Below, piece after piece: positions 51,664 to 60,980 of a DNA stretch of 64,000 bases. Each line of letters begins with the position of its first letter. The first letter of the stretch is position 1. The notes beneath the pieces were generated by a model. It had not been told where the DNA came from and searched no databases. It was given only the letters and a program-made list of their open reading frames with translations. Both the position numbers and the translations under genes were made by a program. This DNA is from an archaeon (GTDB lineage Archaea; SpSt-1190; DYHY01). The stretch lies in contig JAZDJS010000002.1 in NCBI GenBank assembly GCA_043803745.1, positions 1-64,000 of the forward strand, read 5' to 3'.

Positions 51664-52161
51664 ATGGATGCGCTTGAGGCGATATTCTCCCGGAGGAGCA
51701 TCAGGGAATATTCGGGGAAGGAAATACGGGAGTCCGAGATTGAAACGCTCCTGAGGGCCGGGATGTCCGCCCCTTCAGCGCACAATGAGCAGCCCTGGCA
51801 GTTCGTTCTTGTCCGTGAGAGAGACCGGCTCGAAGCCCTTTCGAAAACCGGAAAATACTCCGGAATGGTTGCCCGCGCATCAGCCGCAATTGTCGTTTGC
51901 GGGGAGGGCGCGTCACTCCACCTTGTCGAGGACCTTTCCTGCGCTGCCGAGAACATCCTCCTCGCATCCCACGCTCTGGGGCTCGGTTCGGTCTGGGTTG
52001 CCCTCTATCCTTCGGAGGACCGGATTGCCCGCGCAAGGGCAGCGCTCAAGCTTCCGAAAGGAATCCTGCCCCTTTGCATAATCCCGGTTGGCTATCCCGC
52101 TGAGAAGCCCGCTCCGGAAGAGCGGTTCAGGAAGGAACGGATACACAATGAGACCTGGTGA
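51664..52161 (+). CDS. Nitroreductase-family protein
   Basis: RRSIREY, APSAHNEQPW and GLGSVW. Confidence 0.93.
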   Translation: MDALEAIFSRRSIREYSGKEIRESEIETLLRAGMSAPSAHNEQPWQFVLVRERDRLEALSKTGKYSGMVARASAAIVVCGEGASLHLVEDLSCAAENILLASHALGLGSVWVALYPSEDRIARARAALKLPKGILPLCIIPVGYPAEKPAPEERFRKERIHNETW

Positions 52162-52519
52162 GCCCCCCGAGAAACTCTGGTTCGCTTCAGCAGCAATCCT
52201 CCTGCTTTCAATCCTGATTTTCCGCCAGCTCCCTTTGGAACTTTTCCTAATCCATTGTTCCGCCAGCGCAATCTTCCTTTCCGCCTGCCGGTTCTTCCAG
52301 CTGGCTCGCGCGCCGATTGTCTTTTCTTCTATTGTCCTTGCAGGGAATCTTTTCTCATTTCTCGCTCTTTCTCTGGCGAGCTTCCAGTCCTATCCGCGCG
52401 TTCTCACCTTTCTCCTGTTCGGGGCATATTCGTTTTTCCTTTCCTTCCCCTCCGGGATTTTAATCGGGCTGCTTGCCGAATTTTTTCACCGGTTTTCTGG
52501 AAGGCCGGGAAGTTTTTAA
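52148..52519 (+). CDS. Small membrane protein
   Basis: About 4 hydrophobic segments. It fills the gap between co-oriented genes. Confidence 0.55.
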   Translation: MRPGEPPEKLWFASAAILLLSILIFRQLPLELFLIHCSASAIFLSACRFFQLARAPIVFSSIVLAGNLFSFLALSLASFQSYPRVLTFLLFGAYSFFLSFPSGILIGLLAEFFHRFSGRPGSF

Positions 52520-52546
52520 ACTGCCGATGAACCTTTCCGGGCAAGA

Positions 52547-53017
52547 ATGGCCGGCAGACTCGTCCCGAAGGCCCCCGAGGCAATTGCCGCAGGGGTTGTT
52601 GTTGACTCGCGCGGAAGGGTCCTTCTTCAGGAAGAGCTGATGAACAACGGGAAAATGAAATGGGTCTTTCCGGGCGGCCACATTGAATTCGGCGAAAGAA
52701 TTTCCGCCGCAGTAAAGCGCGAAATCCTTGAGGAAACCGGGCTGCGCGTGAGAATCGGGAAGTTTCTCGGGCATTTTGAAGCCGTCTTCCCGCAGTTCGG
52801 CTATCACACAATCGTCTTCTTCCACCGGGCAAAGCCGGTTTCTCCCGGGGAAAAACTTGTCTCGGAAGGGGGAAAACCGCTCAGGTTCTTTCCGATAAAG
52901 GCCGCCCTGAAGAAACTGGAACTTGTAGAAAGCTCAAGGTGGCTTCTTGAGGGCGCATCACTCAAGCCGCTTTCCGGAAAGGACGGTCGCAATCGCGAAA
53001 ATCGCAAGAGAATATAG
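52547..53017 (+). CDS. NUDIX hydrolase
   Basis: PGGHIEFGERISAAVKREILEETG Nudix box. Confidence 0.93.
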   Translation: MAGRLVPKAPEAIAAGVVVDSRGRVLLQEELMNNGKMKWVFPGGHIEFGERISAAVKREILEETGLRVRIGKFLGHFEAVFPQFGYHTIVFFHRAKPVSPGEKLVSEGGKPLRFFPIKAALKKLELVESSRWLLEGASLKPLSGKDGRNRENRKRI

Positions 53018-54820
53018 CGCAATGCCGGAGAACGCAAGGACGTTCGCGCCTTCATAAACCCCGAAAACCCTCAGGGCTTCCGAAGAAACCGCAAGCGGCA
53101 GCGCTCCGGAAACGCTCTTGAGGCTTGCCGGAAGGAATTCGAAGGAGAAAAGCCCCCCCGAAAGGAAGAGGGATGGGATTGAGAAGCCCACCACCGCGAG
53201 CAGCGCGCTTGATTCGTCCCGCACAAGGAAGCCTACCAGGATTCCTCCAAGGGAAAACATAAGCGACACAAGGACTATCCCGAGGAAAAATCCGGGCGGA
53301 TTCGAGATTCTCAGGGAGAAGAACAGGCGGCCCATCAGGGTCATCAGGAGAGTTTGCCCAAGCCCGAGCAAAGTCAGGATTGCCGCCTTTGAAAGTATGA
53401 AGAAAAGCGTCCCCTTGCCGGCAAGGCTTGTCCTCAGGAGCGTCCCGGACTTTCTCTCGAACAAAACCGTCCCCGAGCCGAGCAAAAGAAGGTTGAACAT
53501 CAGGACGATTGCCGCGATTGACGGGAAAATGTAGGAGAACCCCTTCGACGAGAACGCTTCCGTCTCCTCAACTGCAAGCGGGCTTACGACGGTTTCCGGA
53601 TCCCGCGAGTAAATTGTCTCGAGGGCTTTCCGGGCGTCTTCAAGCCTCGGTATTGCCTTGTTTATCTCCGAGGTTATGTTCGCGAAAATCCCCGCTGAAT
53701 ATTCCAGATCCCTTAGCGAATAGTTCCGGATTTCCGAGAATTCCGAAAGGGTCTCCGAAACCTCGGCAAGCGCGATTTCAGCCCCGCCAAGCTTTGAGAG
53801 CGCAATCCCGAGTCCCGCGGTAAGGTTCTCCGCGCCAGCCGAAACGTTCTCAAGCTCGGATTGCATTAGCGTGAGATTCTGGGAAATCTTCGAAATCCTC
53901 TCGCGCATCGTCTTCTCCCGCCAAACTCTTTCCTCAAGGGGTTCGAGAACCTGTCCTGCGAACGAGATGTTCGGGCAGAGGCCGGGAAGGCAAGCGGAAT
54001 AGTTGACAAGCCCCTCAACCGCCCTTGCAGAATCGAGTATCCCCTCAGTCATGCTAATGTCCTCGGCAAGGAGGGCATCCGCCTCGGTGAGGAGAAGCAG
54101 GGATTCGTTAAGGGTCCCGTTCGCGCTTTCAAGGCGCGCCTTCAAAACGTCCAGCGTGCCGTTCGCGGAAATGAGCTGGGCTTTCTGCTCGGAAAGGAAC
54201 CCTGAGGTTTCGGAAATCCGTTTCTCGAGGGAAAGAATTGACAGGTTCTCGAGCTCAAGCTTCGCCGAGTCCATTTTCGCCGAAACCTCGGAAAGCCTTC
54301 CGCGCGCCTGCTCAAGCTGAACGCCGGAGATCTCAAGCTCAACACCCATCCTGGAAAGGCCTTCCCACGCCCTTCCAATGAAGGACTCGGACACATTCCC
54401 GGAAATTTCCTGGGTTATCCCGGAAGCATATGTAAGTATCAGGGAGGAGACATCCTCCCTCGAGTTGTCGTAGTAGACCTGGACTTTCCTGCCGATTCCC
54501 GAAGAGATGTCCTCGCTCGCCCCTTTGGGGACCAGGATTATTGCCGAAAGATTGCCCGAGGAAATCCGGGTAAGGCCGCTCCCAAGGCAGCCGGAATCCC
54601 CCGAGATTTCCGCGCGGAAGGGCCCGCTTGAAAGGGCGGAGAAATAAGCTTCCCCAATCGCATCCCCGGAGGAACAGACAAGCACGCTTATTCCGGAAGC
54701 GGTTTTCTCGTTGAAAACGTTTCCAAGTATCGCGACAGTGAGAACCGGGACAAGGAGGAGGAGAATCAGCGAGTTCCGCGAGCGGAGGAAATAGAGCAGG
54801 TCTTTCCAAAGCGTCCGCAA
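52958..54820 (-). CDS. ABC-2 family permease with a large extracellular coiled-coil (YhgE/Pip-like)
   Basis: N-terminal TM helix, long heptad region, ERKSGTL and FLSGG..P. The probable TTG start is at 54820. Confidence 0.82.
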   Translation of the reverse strand: MRTLWKDLLYFLRSRNSLILLLLVPVLTVAILGNVFNEKTASGISVLVCSSGDAIGEAYFSALSSGPFRAEISGDSGCLGSGLTRISSGNLSAIILVPKGASEDISSGIGRKVQVYYDNSREDVSSLILTYASGITQEISGNVSESFIGRAWEGLSRMGVELEISGVQLEQARGRLSEVSAKMDSAKLELENLSILSLEKRISETSGFLSEQKAQLISANGTLDVLKARLESANGTLNESLLLLTEADALLAEDISMTEGILDSARAVEGLVNYSACLPGLCPNISFAGQVLEPLEERVWREKTMRERISKISQNLTLMQSELENVSAGAENLTAGLGIALSKLGGAEIALAEVSETLSEFSEIRNYSLRDLEYSAGIFANITSEINKAIPRLEDARKALETIYSRDPETVVSPLAVEETEAFSSKGFSYIFPSIAAIVLMFNLLLLGSGTVLFERKSGTLLRTSLAGKGTLFFILSKAAILTLLGLGQTLLMTLMGRLFFSLRISNPPGFFLGIVLVSLMFSLGGILVGFLVRDESSALLAVVGFSIPSLFLSGGLFSFEFLPASLKSVSGALPLAVSSEALRVFGVYEGANVLAFSGIALYSLAIFAIATVLSGKRLE

Positions 54821-54830
54821 GGCCAGGCCC

Positions 54831-55508
54831 TTACCGTCCGAGCGCAATTTTCTCGAAAACCTCCTCAAGCGTTTTTGCATTGTGCTTGCGCTTCAGCTTT
54901 TCCGGGGAAATGAATTCGACGGACCTTCCGGAAAAGAGCGCAAGAACCTTGTCGAAATCCTCTATTTCCGCAAGATTGTGGGTGACAACCAGGATTGTTT
55001 TCCCCTCATCCTTCTTGAGCTTCCTGAGGAGATCCAGAAGCTCCCGCTTGCTGAGCGGGTCAAGCCCGACGGTTGGCTCGTCAAGGAGGAGGATTTCGGC
55101 GCCGCCGGCAAGCCCGGCAAGTATTGAAAGCTTTTTCCGCTGGCCTCCGGAAAGTTCTCCCGCCGGCTTCTCCGGGTCAAGCCCGAAAAGTTTTTCCGGA
55201 ATCTTTTCCCCGTGCAGAGCCGAGAAATACTCGAGGTTTTCCCGAACTGTCAGGTATGGATAGAAGGAATCTGCCTGGGGAACATAGCCGATTTTCCCGG
55301 TTCGTTCGACTTTTCCGGAGTCCGCCTTCAATATGCCCAGCAGTATTTTCACAAGGGTAGATTTCCCCCCTCCGGAAGGTCCGAGTATCCCGATGAGCTC
55401 CCCTCTGCCCGCGGAAAAGGAGACTCCGGAAAGTATTTTCCTCTCTCTGAAGGATTTGGAAATCCCCGTTGCGGAGAGGACCGTTCCAGCATCCCTTTTC
55501 CCTGCCAT
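54831..55508 (-). CDS. ABC transporter ATP-binding protein
   Basis: GPSGGGKST, LSGGQ and LLDEPT. Confidence 0.95.
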   Translation of the reverse strand: MAGKRDAGTVLSATGISKSFRERKILSGVSFSAGRGELIGILGPSGGGKSTLVKILLGILKADSGKVERTGKIGYVPQADSFYPYLTVRENLEYFSALHGEKIPEKLFGLDPEKPAGELSGGQRKKLSILAGLAGGAEILLLDEPTVGLDPLSKRELLDLLRKLKKDEGKTILVVTHNLAEIEDFDKVLALFSGRSVEFISPEKLKRKHNAKTLEEVFEKIALGR

Positions 55509-55539
55509 TGCCCGGATTGGCCGCAGTCCCGCCTTAAAA

Positions 55540-55561
55540 AGTTAAACCTGCGGGTTTAACT
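55540..55561. promoter_or_regulatory. Inverted repeat AGTTAAACC-N4-GGTTTAACT in a divergent promoter region
   Basis: Perfect 9-bp arms seen in sequence. Confidence 0.5.
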
Positions 55562-55608
55562 CTCAATCTACCTAAAGCATATTTGGGCTCTTCTCCGAGG
55601 AAGGCTGA

Positions 55609-56622
55609 ATGGATTCCCGAGCAGCCATTTACGGATATTTCAGCAAACCCTCCAGATTTCAGGCTGCCCTGGGCGCCGTCGCTCCTTCGCTTCTCAGGAT
55701 TGTTTATGACGTTCGTCCCTCCGGAAACGAGCGCGTTCCGGAAAGGGGTCCCCTTGTTGTTGCAACCGGACCGCACAGCAGTGCGATTGACGTCGGTTTC
55801 GCGATTTTCCTCCCGGAACTCCGAAGGCGGCTCGGCGAAACCGCGGTCGTTGCCAAGGAAAGCCTCCAGACGCACCCGCTTGTTGGAAGGCTCCAGCACA
55901 TTCCGGCTTATCGGGGAAAGGCTGAGGAAGGAAGCGAAACTCCCATCGTCCTTAGGGCTGACGGGAACTGCAAGGTATTCGCCATTGGGCCCCTTTCAGA
56001 AGCCGAATCTGACGGGGCTTACAGGCTTTCCGAACAGGAATGCTCAGTTTTGGGAATTGACTGGACTGGCGGGGAAAGCTCCCCGCTTCTCGATGCAGCC
56101 AACAAAGTTCCTCTCCTTCGGAAAAACACCTTCGCCCCGGCCAAGAACTGGCTTGATGCTGGAAAGGTCCTGCTCATTTCAGTTGAGGGAACAAGATATC
56201 CGCAGGCAGACGTTCCGGAAGAATTCGACCCGGTCGGATATTCCCGCCTTGAGGTTTCCAAGCTTTTCGGCGGAACTGTCGCGATTGCAAGGGCATCCTC
56301 GGCGAAAATCCTCCCGGTTTACACGGGTTTCTCGGGCGACCGCGACCCTTTCGGGAGGAAACCCCTTGCAGTAAGGGCCGGCTATCCGATCGAGCCCCCC
56401 CAGGACAGGCGCGGGAGAGCGCGCGCCACAGAAGAAATAAGATACCAGCTCCTTGCCCTGCAATCCGATTTGTTCGGGGAACTGTTTCCCGACTATTCCT
56501 CTTTCAGGGGTTTCTTCGACCGGGCTTTCGAGCTCAACGGCGGGCCCCCCTCAGCAGGCTCAATGACCTGGCAGCCCTTTTCCGAGCGCCTGGCGGAATA
56601 CGAAAAACTTTTTATAAGCTGA
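55609..56622 (+). CDS. PlsC-like lysophospholipid acyltransferase-family protein
   Basis: HX4D motif (GPHSSAID), VAKESL, VEGTR and GTVAIARASSAKILPV. Confidence 0.8.
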   Translation: MDSRAAIYGYFSKPSRFQAALGAVAPSLLRIVYDVRPSGNERVPERGPLVVATGPHSSAIDVGFAIFLPELRRRLGETAVVAKESLQTHPLVGRLQHIPAYRGKAEEGSETPIVLRADGNCKVFAIGPLSEAESDGAYRLSEQECSVLGIDWTGGESSPLLDAANKVPLLRKNTFAPAKNWLDAGKVLLISVEGTRYPQADVPEEFDPVGYSRLEVSKLFGGTVAIARASSAKILPVYTGFSGDRDPFGRKPLAVRAGYPIEPPQDRRGRARATEEIRYQLLALQSDLFGELFPDYSSFRGFFDRAFELNGGPPSAGSMTWQPFSERLAEYEKLFIS

Positions 56623-56640
56623 GCCGCTTCTTCTCGCACA

Positions 56641-57720
56641 TTGTCAGTTCTTTTGATTGACTTGCTGGTTCTCGCAATCTCCCTTACCGCCCTTGCCCTC
56701 TTCAGCGAATGGGTTGTCAGGAGCGGGATACGGATTTCCAGGCTCCTGAAGATAAGCGAACTGACAATAGGATTCATCCTGATTTCGGTGCTTACGAGCC
56801 TTCCGGAACTTCTCGTTTCAATGACATCCGCCGCAGGAGGGACCTTCGCCCTCTCAGTCGGAAACGTTTTCGGGGCGAACGTCGTCGACATCGCGCTTGT
56901 GCTCGGGCTCTCATTCTACATTTACCCGAAAAAATTCAGGAACAAGAGAGCCGTGAAGAAGCTTTCGACAGCGCTCCTGCTTTCGTCCGGGATCACAATC
57001 ATCTTTCTCCTGTTCGGCTCGGTCGGGCGGCTTGCCGGAATCTTCCTGGTAGCCTCGTTCTTCTTTTTCTGCTATTATCTTTTCCGGGAAAAGCTGAACA
57101 TCCACGAAACCGAATCCATCTATTCTCAGGGGAAAACGACGATCGCATCGAAAATTTCCCGCCTTCACTTCGAGGAAAAGGTGTTTTTTTCAGGAGGGCA
57201 TCTCGGCTCGAAGGAAAGGGCGACCGCGATTTCCTTCCTTAACCTCCTAATCGGGATGGTCCTGGTTGTTTTTTCAGCAGGGTTCGTTGTGAAGGCGGCA
57301 ACCTCAATTGCGGCAGGTTCGGGGATTTCCGAGTCAATACTCGGGGCGCTTGTAATCGCCCTTGGAACAACCCTTCCAGAGCTCTCAATAGGGCTTGCTG
57401 CGTTCCGGAAAGGGCACATCGGGCTTGCCCTCGGAGATTCCCTCGGAAGCACGGTAACCAACCTGACTCTCGTGCTTGGAAGCGGGCTCCTTATTTCGAG
57501 CGCTTCCCTCAACCTGACTTTCTTCTCAACCCTTGCGCTTTTCTCCCTTCTGACGAACATCGCGTTCTGGCACATAATAACGACGAAGGATGAGCTTGGC
57601 AAGTCCGAGGGCAAGTTCCTTCTTGCGATCTATTCTGCATTCGTCCTTTTCCTCCTTGCAAGCCAGCTATATCTCCTGAAGGAGGAGCTTTTTTCCTTCG
57701 TTCTGGGGGCGTTCGGTTAG
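56641..57720 (+). CDS. CaCA-family Na+/Ca2+ antiporter (paralogue of 32920-33996)
   Basis: TSLPEL...GNVFGAN and GTTLPEL...GDSLGS. TTG start. Confidence 0.9.
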   Translation: MSVLLIDLLVLAISLTALALFSEWVVRSGIRISRLLKISELTIGFILISVLTSLPELLVSMTSAAGGTFALSVGNVFGANVVDIALVLGLSFYIYPKKFRNKRAVKKLSTALLLSSGITIIFLLFGSVGRLAGIFLVASFFFFCYYLFREKLNIHETESIYSQGKTTIASKISRLHFEEKVFFSGGHLGSKERATAISFLNLLIGMVLVVFSAGFVVKAATSIAAGSGISESILGALVIALGTTLPELSIGLAAFRKGHIGLALGDSLGSTVTNLTLVLGSGLLISSASLNLTFFSTLALFSLLTNIAFWHIITTKDELGKSEGKFLLAIYSAFVLFLLASQLYLLKEELFSFVLGAFG

Positions 57721-57724
57721 GCGG

Positions 57725-58117
57725 ATGGAAATACTCTCATTCAACACGACCGAAGAGGAGCAGGCAGTCGACATAACCCCCGTACTGCGGAAAATAGTCG
57801 AGAAATCGAAGGTCGTGGAAGGGACTCTCCTCGTTTACTGCCCCCACACAACGGCAGCGGTTGTCGTGAACGAGGGAACTGACGAGACGTTCGTTGCGGA
57901 CCTTTTCCTCGCCCTTGAGAAGTTTGCCTCCGGGAAATGGAGCCACCAGTCGAATCCAAAGGCGCACCTGAAGGCGGCGATGATCGGAAACTCGAAGCTG
58001 CTGCCAATTTCACAAGGCAAGCTTTTCCTCGGGGCATGGGAATCAGTTTTCCTCCTGGAGTTCGACGGCCCAAGGGAGCGGAAGATTTTCGCAAGGGCGG
58101 CCAGGCAAGAGGTTTGA
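57725..58117 (+). CDS. yjbQ: YjbQ/UPF0047-family protein
   Basis: DIT, PHTTAAVVVNE, AHLKA and LGAWESVFLLEFDGPRER. Confidence 0.92.
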   Translation: MEILSFNTTEEEQAVDITPVLRKIVEKSKVVEGTLLVYCPHTTAAVVVNEGTDETFVADLFLALEKFASGKWSHQSNPKAHLKAAMIGNSKLLPISQGKLFLGAWESVFLLEFDGPRERKIFARAARQEV

Positions 58118-58119
58118 AG

Positions 58120-58752
58120 ATGGGAAAGCTGAACCCGGCTAACGCAATAACAATTGCACGGGTTGCCGGCGTCTATCTGGCCGTACTGCTCATTTATTTC
58201 GGCAAGTCCTACGTGAGCGGTTTCGCCGCGGTTTTCCTGATACTTCTCAATTTCCTGCTCGATTCCGCCGACGGTTACGTTTCAAGGAAGCTCAAGGTTG
58301 CGACGCGCGCCGGCGCATTCCTCGACATTCTTGCGGACAGGATTGTAGAGCTTACCCTGTTCGTTGTCTTTTCGGATTTGGGGCTTGTCCCGCTTTGGGT
58401 GCCCCTGGTCCTCCTCGCAAGGGGGCTTGTGACCGATTCAATCAGAGGCGCGGAGTTTTCACGCGGGGGCAAGGTCCCCTACAAGATAGGGTATTCCAAA
58501 CTGGGCAAGTTCCTTGTTTCCTCAAGATTGATGCGCGAACTTTCCGGGATATCGAAGGCGGCGGCATTCACCCTTCTCGCCCTTCTTTGCACTGCAGCGA
58601 AATATTTTCCGGATTCCGATTTCCTCGCAAGGGGACTCCTTTCGCCTCTCACAAACCTTTCAGTTCTTGCTGCGGTTGCAGTGAACATTCTCAGGGGCCT
58701 TCCAGTAATCCTCGAATCAGGAAAGCTTTTTCTTTCTTCCCCCAAGTCCTGA
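58120..58752 (+). CDS. CDP-alcohol phosphatidyltransferase
   Basis: PANAITIAR and the signature DSADGYVSR...GAFLDILADR. Confidence 0.92.
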   Translation: MGKLNPANAITIARVAGVYLAVLLIYFGKSYVSGFAAVFLILLNFLLDSADGYVSRKLKVATRAGAFLDILADRIVELTLFVVFSDLGLVPLWVPLVLLARGLVTDSIRGAEFSRGGKVPYKIGYSKLGKFLVSSRLMRELSGISKAAAFTLLALLCTAAKYFPDSDFLARGLLSPLTNLSVLAAVAVNILRGLPVILESGKLFLSSPKS

Positions 58753-59217
58753 ATATTTCCCGACAAGTATTCTTTCTCTTATTCCGGAGACGTAAGCGCC
58801 CCAAAGGTCAACCCCGGGCTTGTCGCCAACCATAATGGTTTTCTCAGGGCTTGCTCCGGCGTCCGCCATCAATCTGGCAAAGCCCTCCCTGTTCGGCTTG
58901 TTGCCGGTTTCCCCGACGAGAACCGGAAGCCGCCCGAGCATTTTCCGGAGCGCTTCGCGTCTTTTCCTCCCGCAGTTGGAAAGTATTGCCAGCTTGAATC
59001 CAAGCTTCAGGAGGGCCCTGAGAAGCGCCAGGGTTTCCTTCGGAAGCTTTCCGTGGTTCTTGGAAAGTGTTTCATCAGCATCGAAAATCACCAATTTCTT
59101 TCCGCTCCGCGCAAGCTTCCGGTAGTCAATCCCGAATACCGAATCCGCCCTTCCGGTGCAGATTGAATCTCCCTTTCCGGAAACAAGGAATCTTGCATAT
59201 TCTATCAGGTCGATCAT
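58717..59217 (-). CDS. YqeG-like HAD-IIIA phosphatase
   Basis: IFDADETL, ILSN, KP and MVGDKPGVDLWGA. Confidence 0.88.
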   Translation of the reverse strand: MIDLIEYARFLVSGKGDSICTGRADSVFGIDYRKLARSGKKLVIFDADETLSKNHGKLPKETLALLRALLKLGFKLAILSNCGRKRREALRKMLGRLPVLVGETGNKPNREGFARLMADAGASPEKTIMVGDKPGVDLWGAYVSGIRERILVGKYSGLGGRKKKLS

Positions 59218-59219
59218 TT

Positions 59220-60023
59220 TCAGTCCCCCAGAGCGCCGATTAGCTCAAGCATCTGCCTTTGAATTTCTTTGTTGTTCGTTGCAAGGAGGTTCGGTTTGTC
59301 AATCGTCCAATCCCTTCCGGAAAAATCAGTCACGCGTCCGCCCGCTTCCCTCACAAGTGAAACCCCCGCAGCGACATCCCAGAGTCCGCCGAATCCGATT
59401 GTGAAGAAGCAGTCGTTCCTTCCGGAGGCAACCCAGGCAAGGTCGAGGGTTCCCGCCCCAAGCCGCCTGAAATCCCTTCCAGCAAGCTTCAGCTTTTCGT
59501 AAACCCCCGAAAGCTTTCCGATTTCCTCCTTCCCCTGCCGGTGGCAGTGGTTGATGAGGGTTTTTGAGAGAAGCCCGTTACCTGAAACGGAAATCAGTTT
59601 TCCATTGAGGAAAGCGCCGTTTCCCCTGAGGGAGGAAAAAAGCTCTCCGGTTGCCGGGTTGAGCATCGCGCCTGCGACCGGCACCCGGTCCTTGAGAATT
59701 CCGATTGAGACGGAGAAGAACGGAATCTTGCAGGAGTAGTTGACAGTTCCGTCAAGCGGGTCCACCGCAAAGCAGAGGCCCTTCTCGGGGATTTCCGCGT
59801 CAGCCCGCGTTTCCTCCGAGAGGATCGGGATTCCCGTCTTCCTGAGGATCGGGAAAATTTCTTTCTCCGAAGCAAGGTCCGCCGTCGTTACGAGCTCGTA
59901 AGTTGACGCGCTCCCCTTCTCGCCAAGGATTTTTGCCTTTCGGTACTTGGAGAGCAGAACCTTGCCCGCCGCTTTCGCGGCTCGTATTGCGGAGGAATGC
60001 GCAGCTGCAAGGGAGGTTGCCAT
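59220..60023 (-). CDS. Inositol monophosphatase / FBPase-family protein
   Basis: VTTADLASE, LSEE, VDPLDGTVNY and WDVAAG. Confidence 0.93.
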   Translation of the reverse strand: MATSLAAAHSSAIRAAKAAGKVLLSKYRKAKILGEKGSASTYELVTTADLASEKEIFPILRKTGIPILSEETRADAEIPEKGLCFAVDPLDGTVNYSCKIPFFSVSIGILKDRVPVAGAMLNPATGELFSSLRGNGAFLNGKLISVSGNGLLSKTLINHCHRQGKEEIGKLSGVYEKLKLAGRDFRRLGAGTLDLAWVASGRNDCFFTIGFGGLWDVAAGVSLVREAGGRVTDFSGRDWTIDKPNLLATNNKEIQRQMLELIGALGD

Positions 60024-60053
60024 TAAGGACAAGCCACCCCCCAACTTAAAAGA

Positions 60054-60923
60054 CTAATTGGGGCTGGCCGCGAATCCATTCTTCCCGTCAGTTGTCAGGA
60101 CAACCGTCCCGTCAAGGTCAGTTCTCAGGACGTTGCTTCCGACAGCCTCCAGGCGCTTGATTGTTTCGTTCGCAGGATGACCGTAGGGGTTCCTCAGGCC
60201 AACGGAAATTACCGAAAGCTCGGGCCTCGCAATTGAAACGAATTTCGCGCTCGTTGCATATTTGCTCCCGTGATGGGCGACCTTGAGGACATCGACGTCC
60301 GGAACCGCCAGCTCAGTCTCGCAGGAACCCTCGCAATCCCCCGTCAGGAGCAGGCTGAAGCTTCCGTATTTTATCCAAAGGACAACGGAGTTCTCGTTCT
60401 TCTCCAAGCCGCCGGCGCCCTTCCCCGGGTTCAGGATGGAAATCTCGATTCCGGAGAAGTTGAAAAAATCCCCCCTTTTCGGATATGCAAGGTTCCCGCG
60501 GTTGGCTTGGGAAATGTAAGAGCGATAGCTTTCAGTGTCCTCCGCAATTCCGGAATCCCAGACGTTCGTGAAGTTGCATTCGCGCAGTACGCCCGTAAGC
60601 CCCCCGATGTGGTCCGAATCGGGATGGGTCGCGACGACAAGCTCAATTGAACGGTCCCCGGTCGAGTTCATTTCCAGGAAAATGGCTTCTTCGCTTCCGG
60701 CTTTTCCGCCGTCAACGAGAACCGAGAAGTTCCCCTTGTTCAGGAGGATTGCATCTCCCTGCCCGACCGAGATGAATCGGACCGTCAGGTTCTCTCCACC
60801 CGGGACAGCCCGCAGTTCCTCCGCCGGAGCTGCGGGAGCGAGCCCCTTAACGGCGCATCCCGCAAGAAGAAGGGCGCCGGCAAGGACAGCCAAAACAAGC
60901 AGGGCAAGGGCGCGCCTCACCAT
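60054..60923 (-). CDS. ComEC/Rec2-type metallo-beta-lactamase-fold lipoprotein
   Basis: Lipobox LLLAGC, VGQGDAIL, THPDSDHIGG, LTGD, KVAHHGS and NPYGHP. Confidence 0.92.
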   Translation of the reverse strand: MVRRALALLVLAVLAGALLLAGCAVKGLAPAAPAEELRAVPGGENLTVRFISVGQGDAILLNKGNFSVLVDGGKAGSEEAIFLEMNSTGDRSIELVVATHPDSDHIGGLTGVLRECNFTNVWDSGIAEDTESYRSYISQANRGNLAYPKRGDFFNFSGIEISILNPGKGAGGLEKNENSVVLWIKYGSFSLLLTGDCEGSCETELAVPDVDVLKVAHHGSKYATSAKFVSIARPELSVISVGLRNPYGHPANETIKRLEAVGSNVLRTDLDGTVVLTTDGKNGFAASPN

Positions 60924-60980
60924 CCTCCCGAAAAGCCCGCCCCAACATATAAAAAACATGGGCTTTTCAATGTTCGCTGG

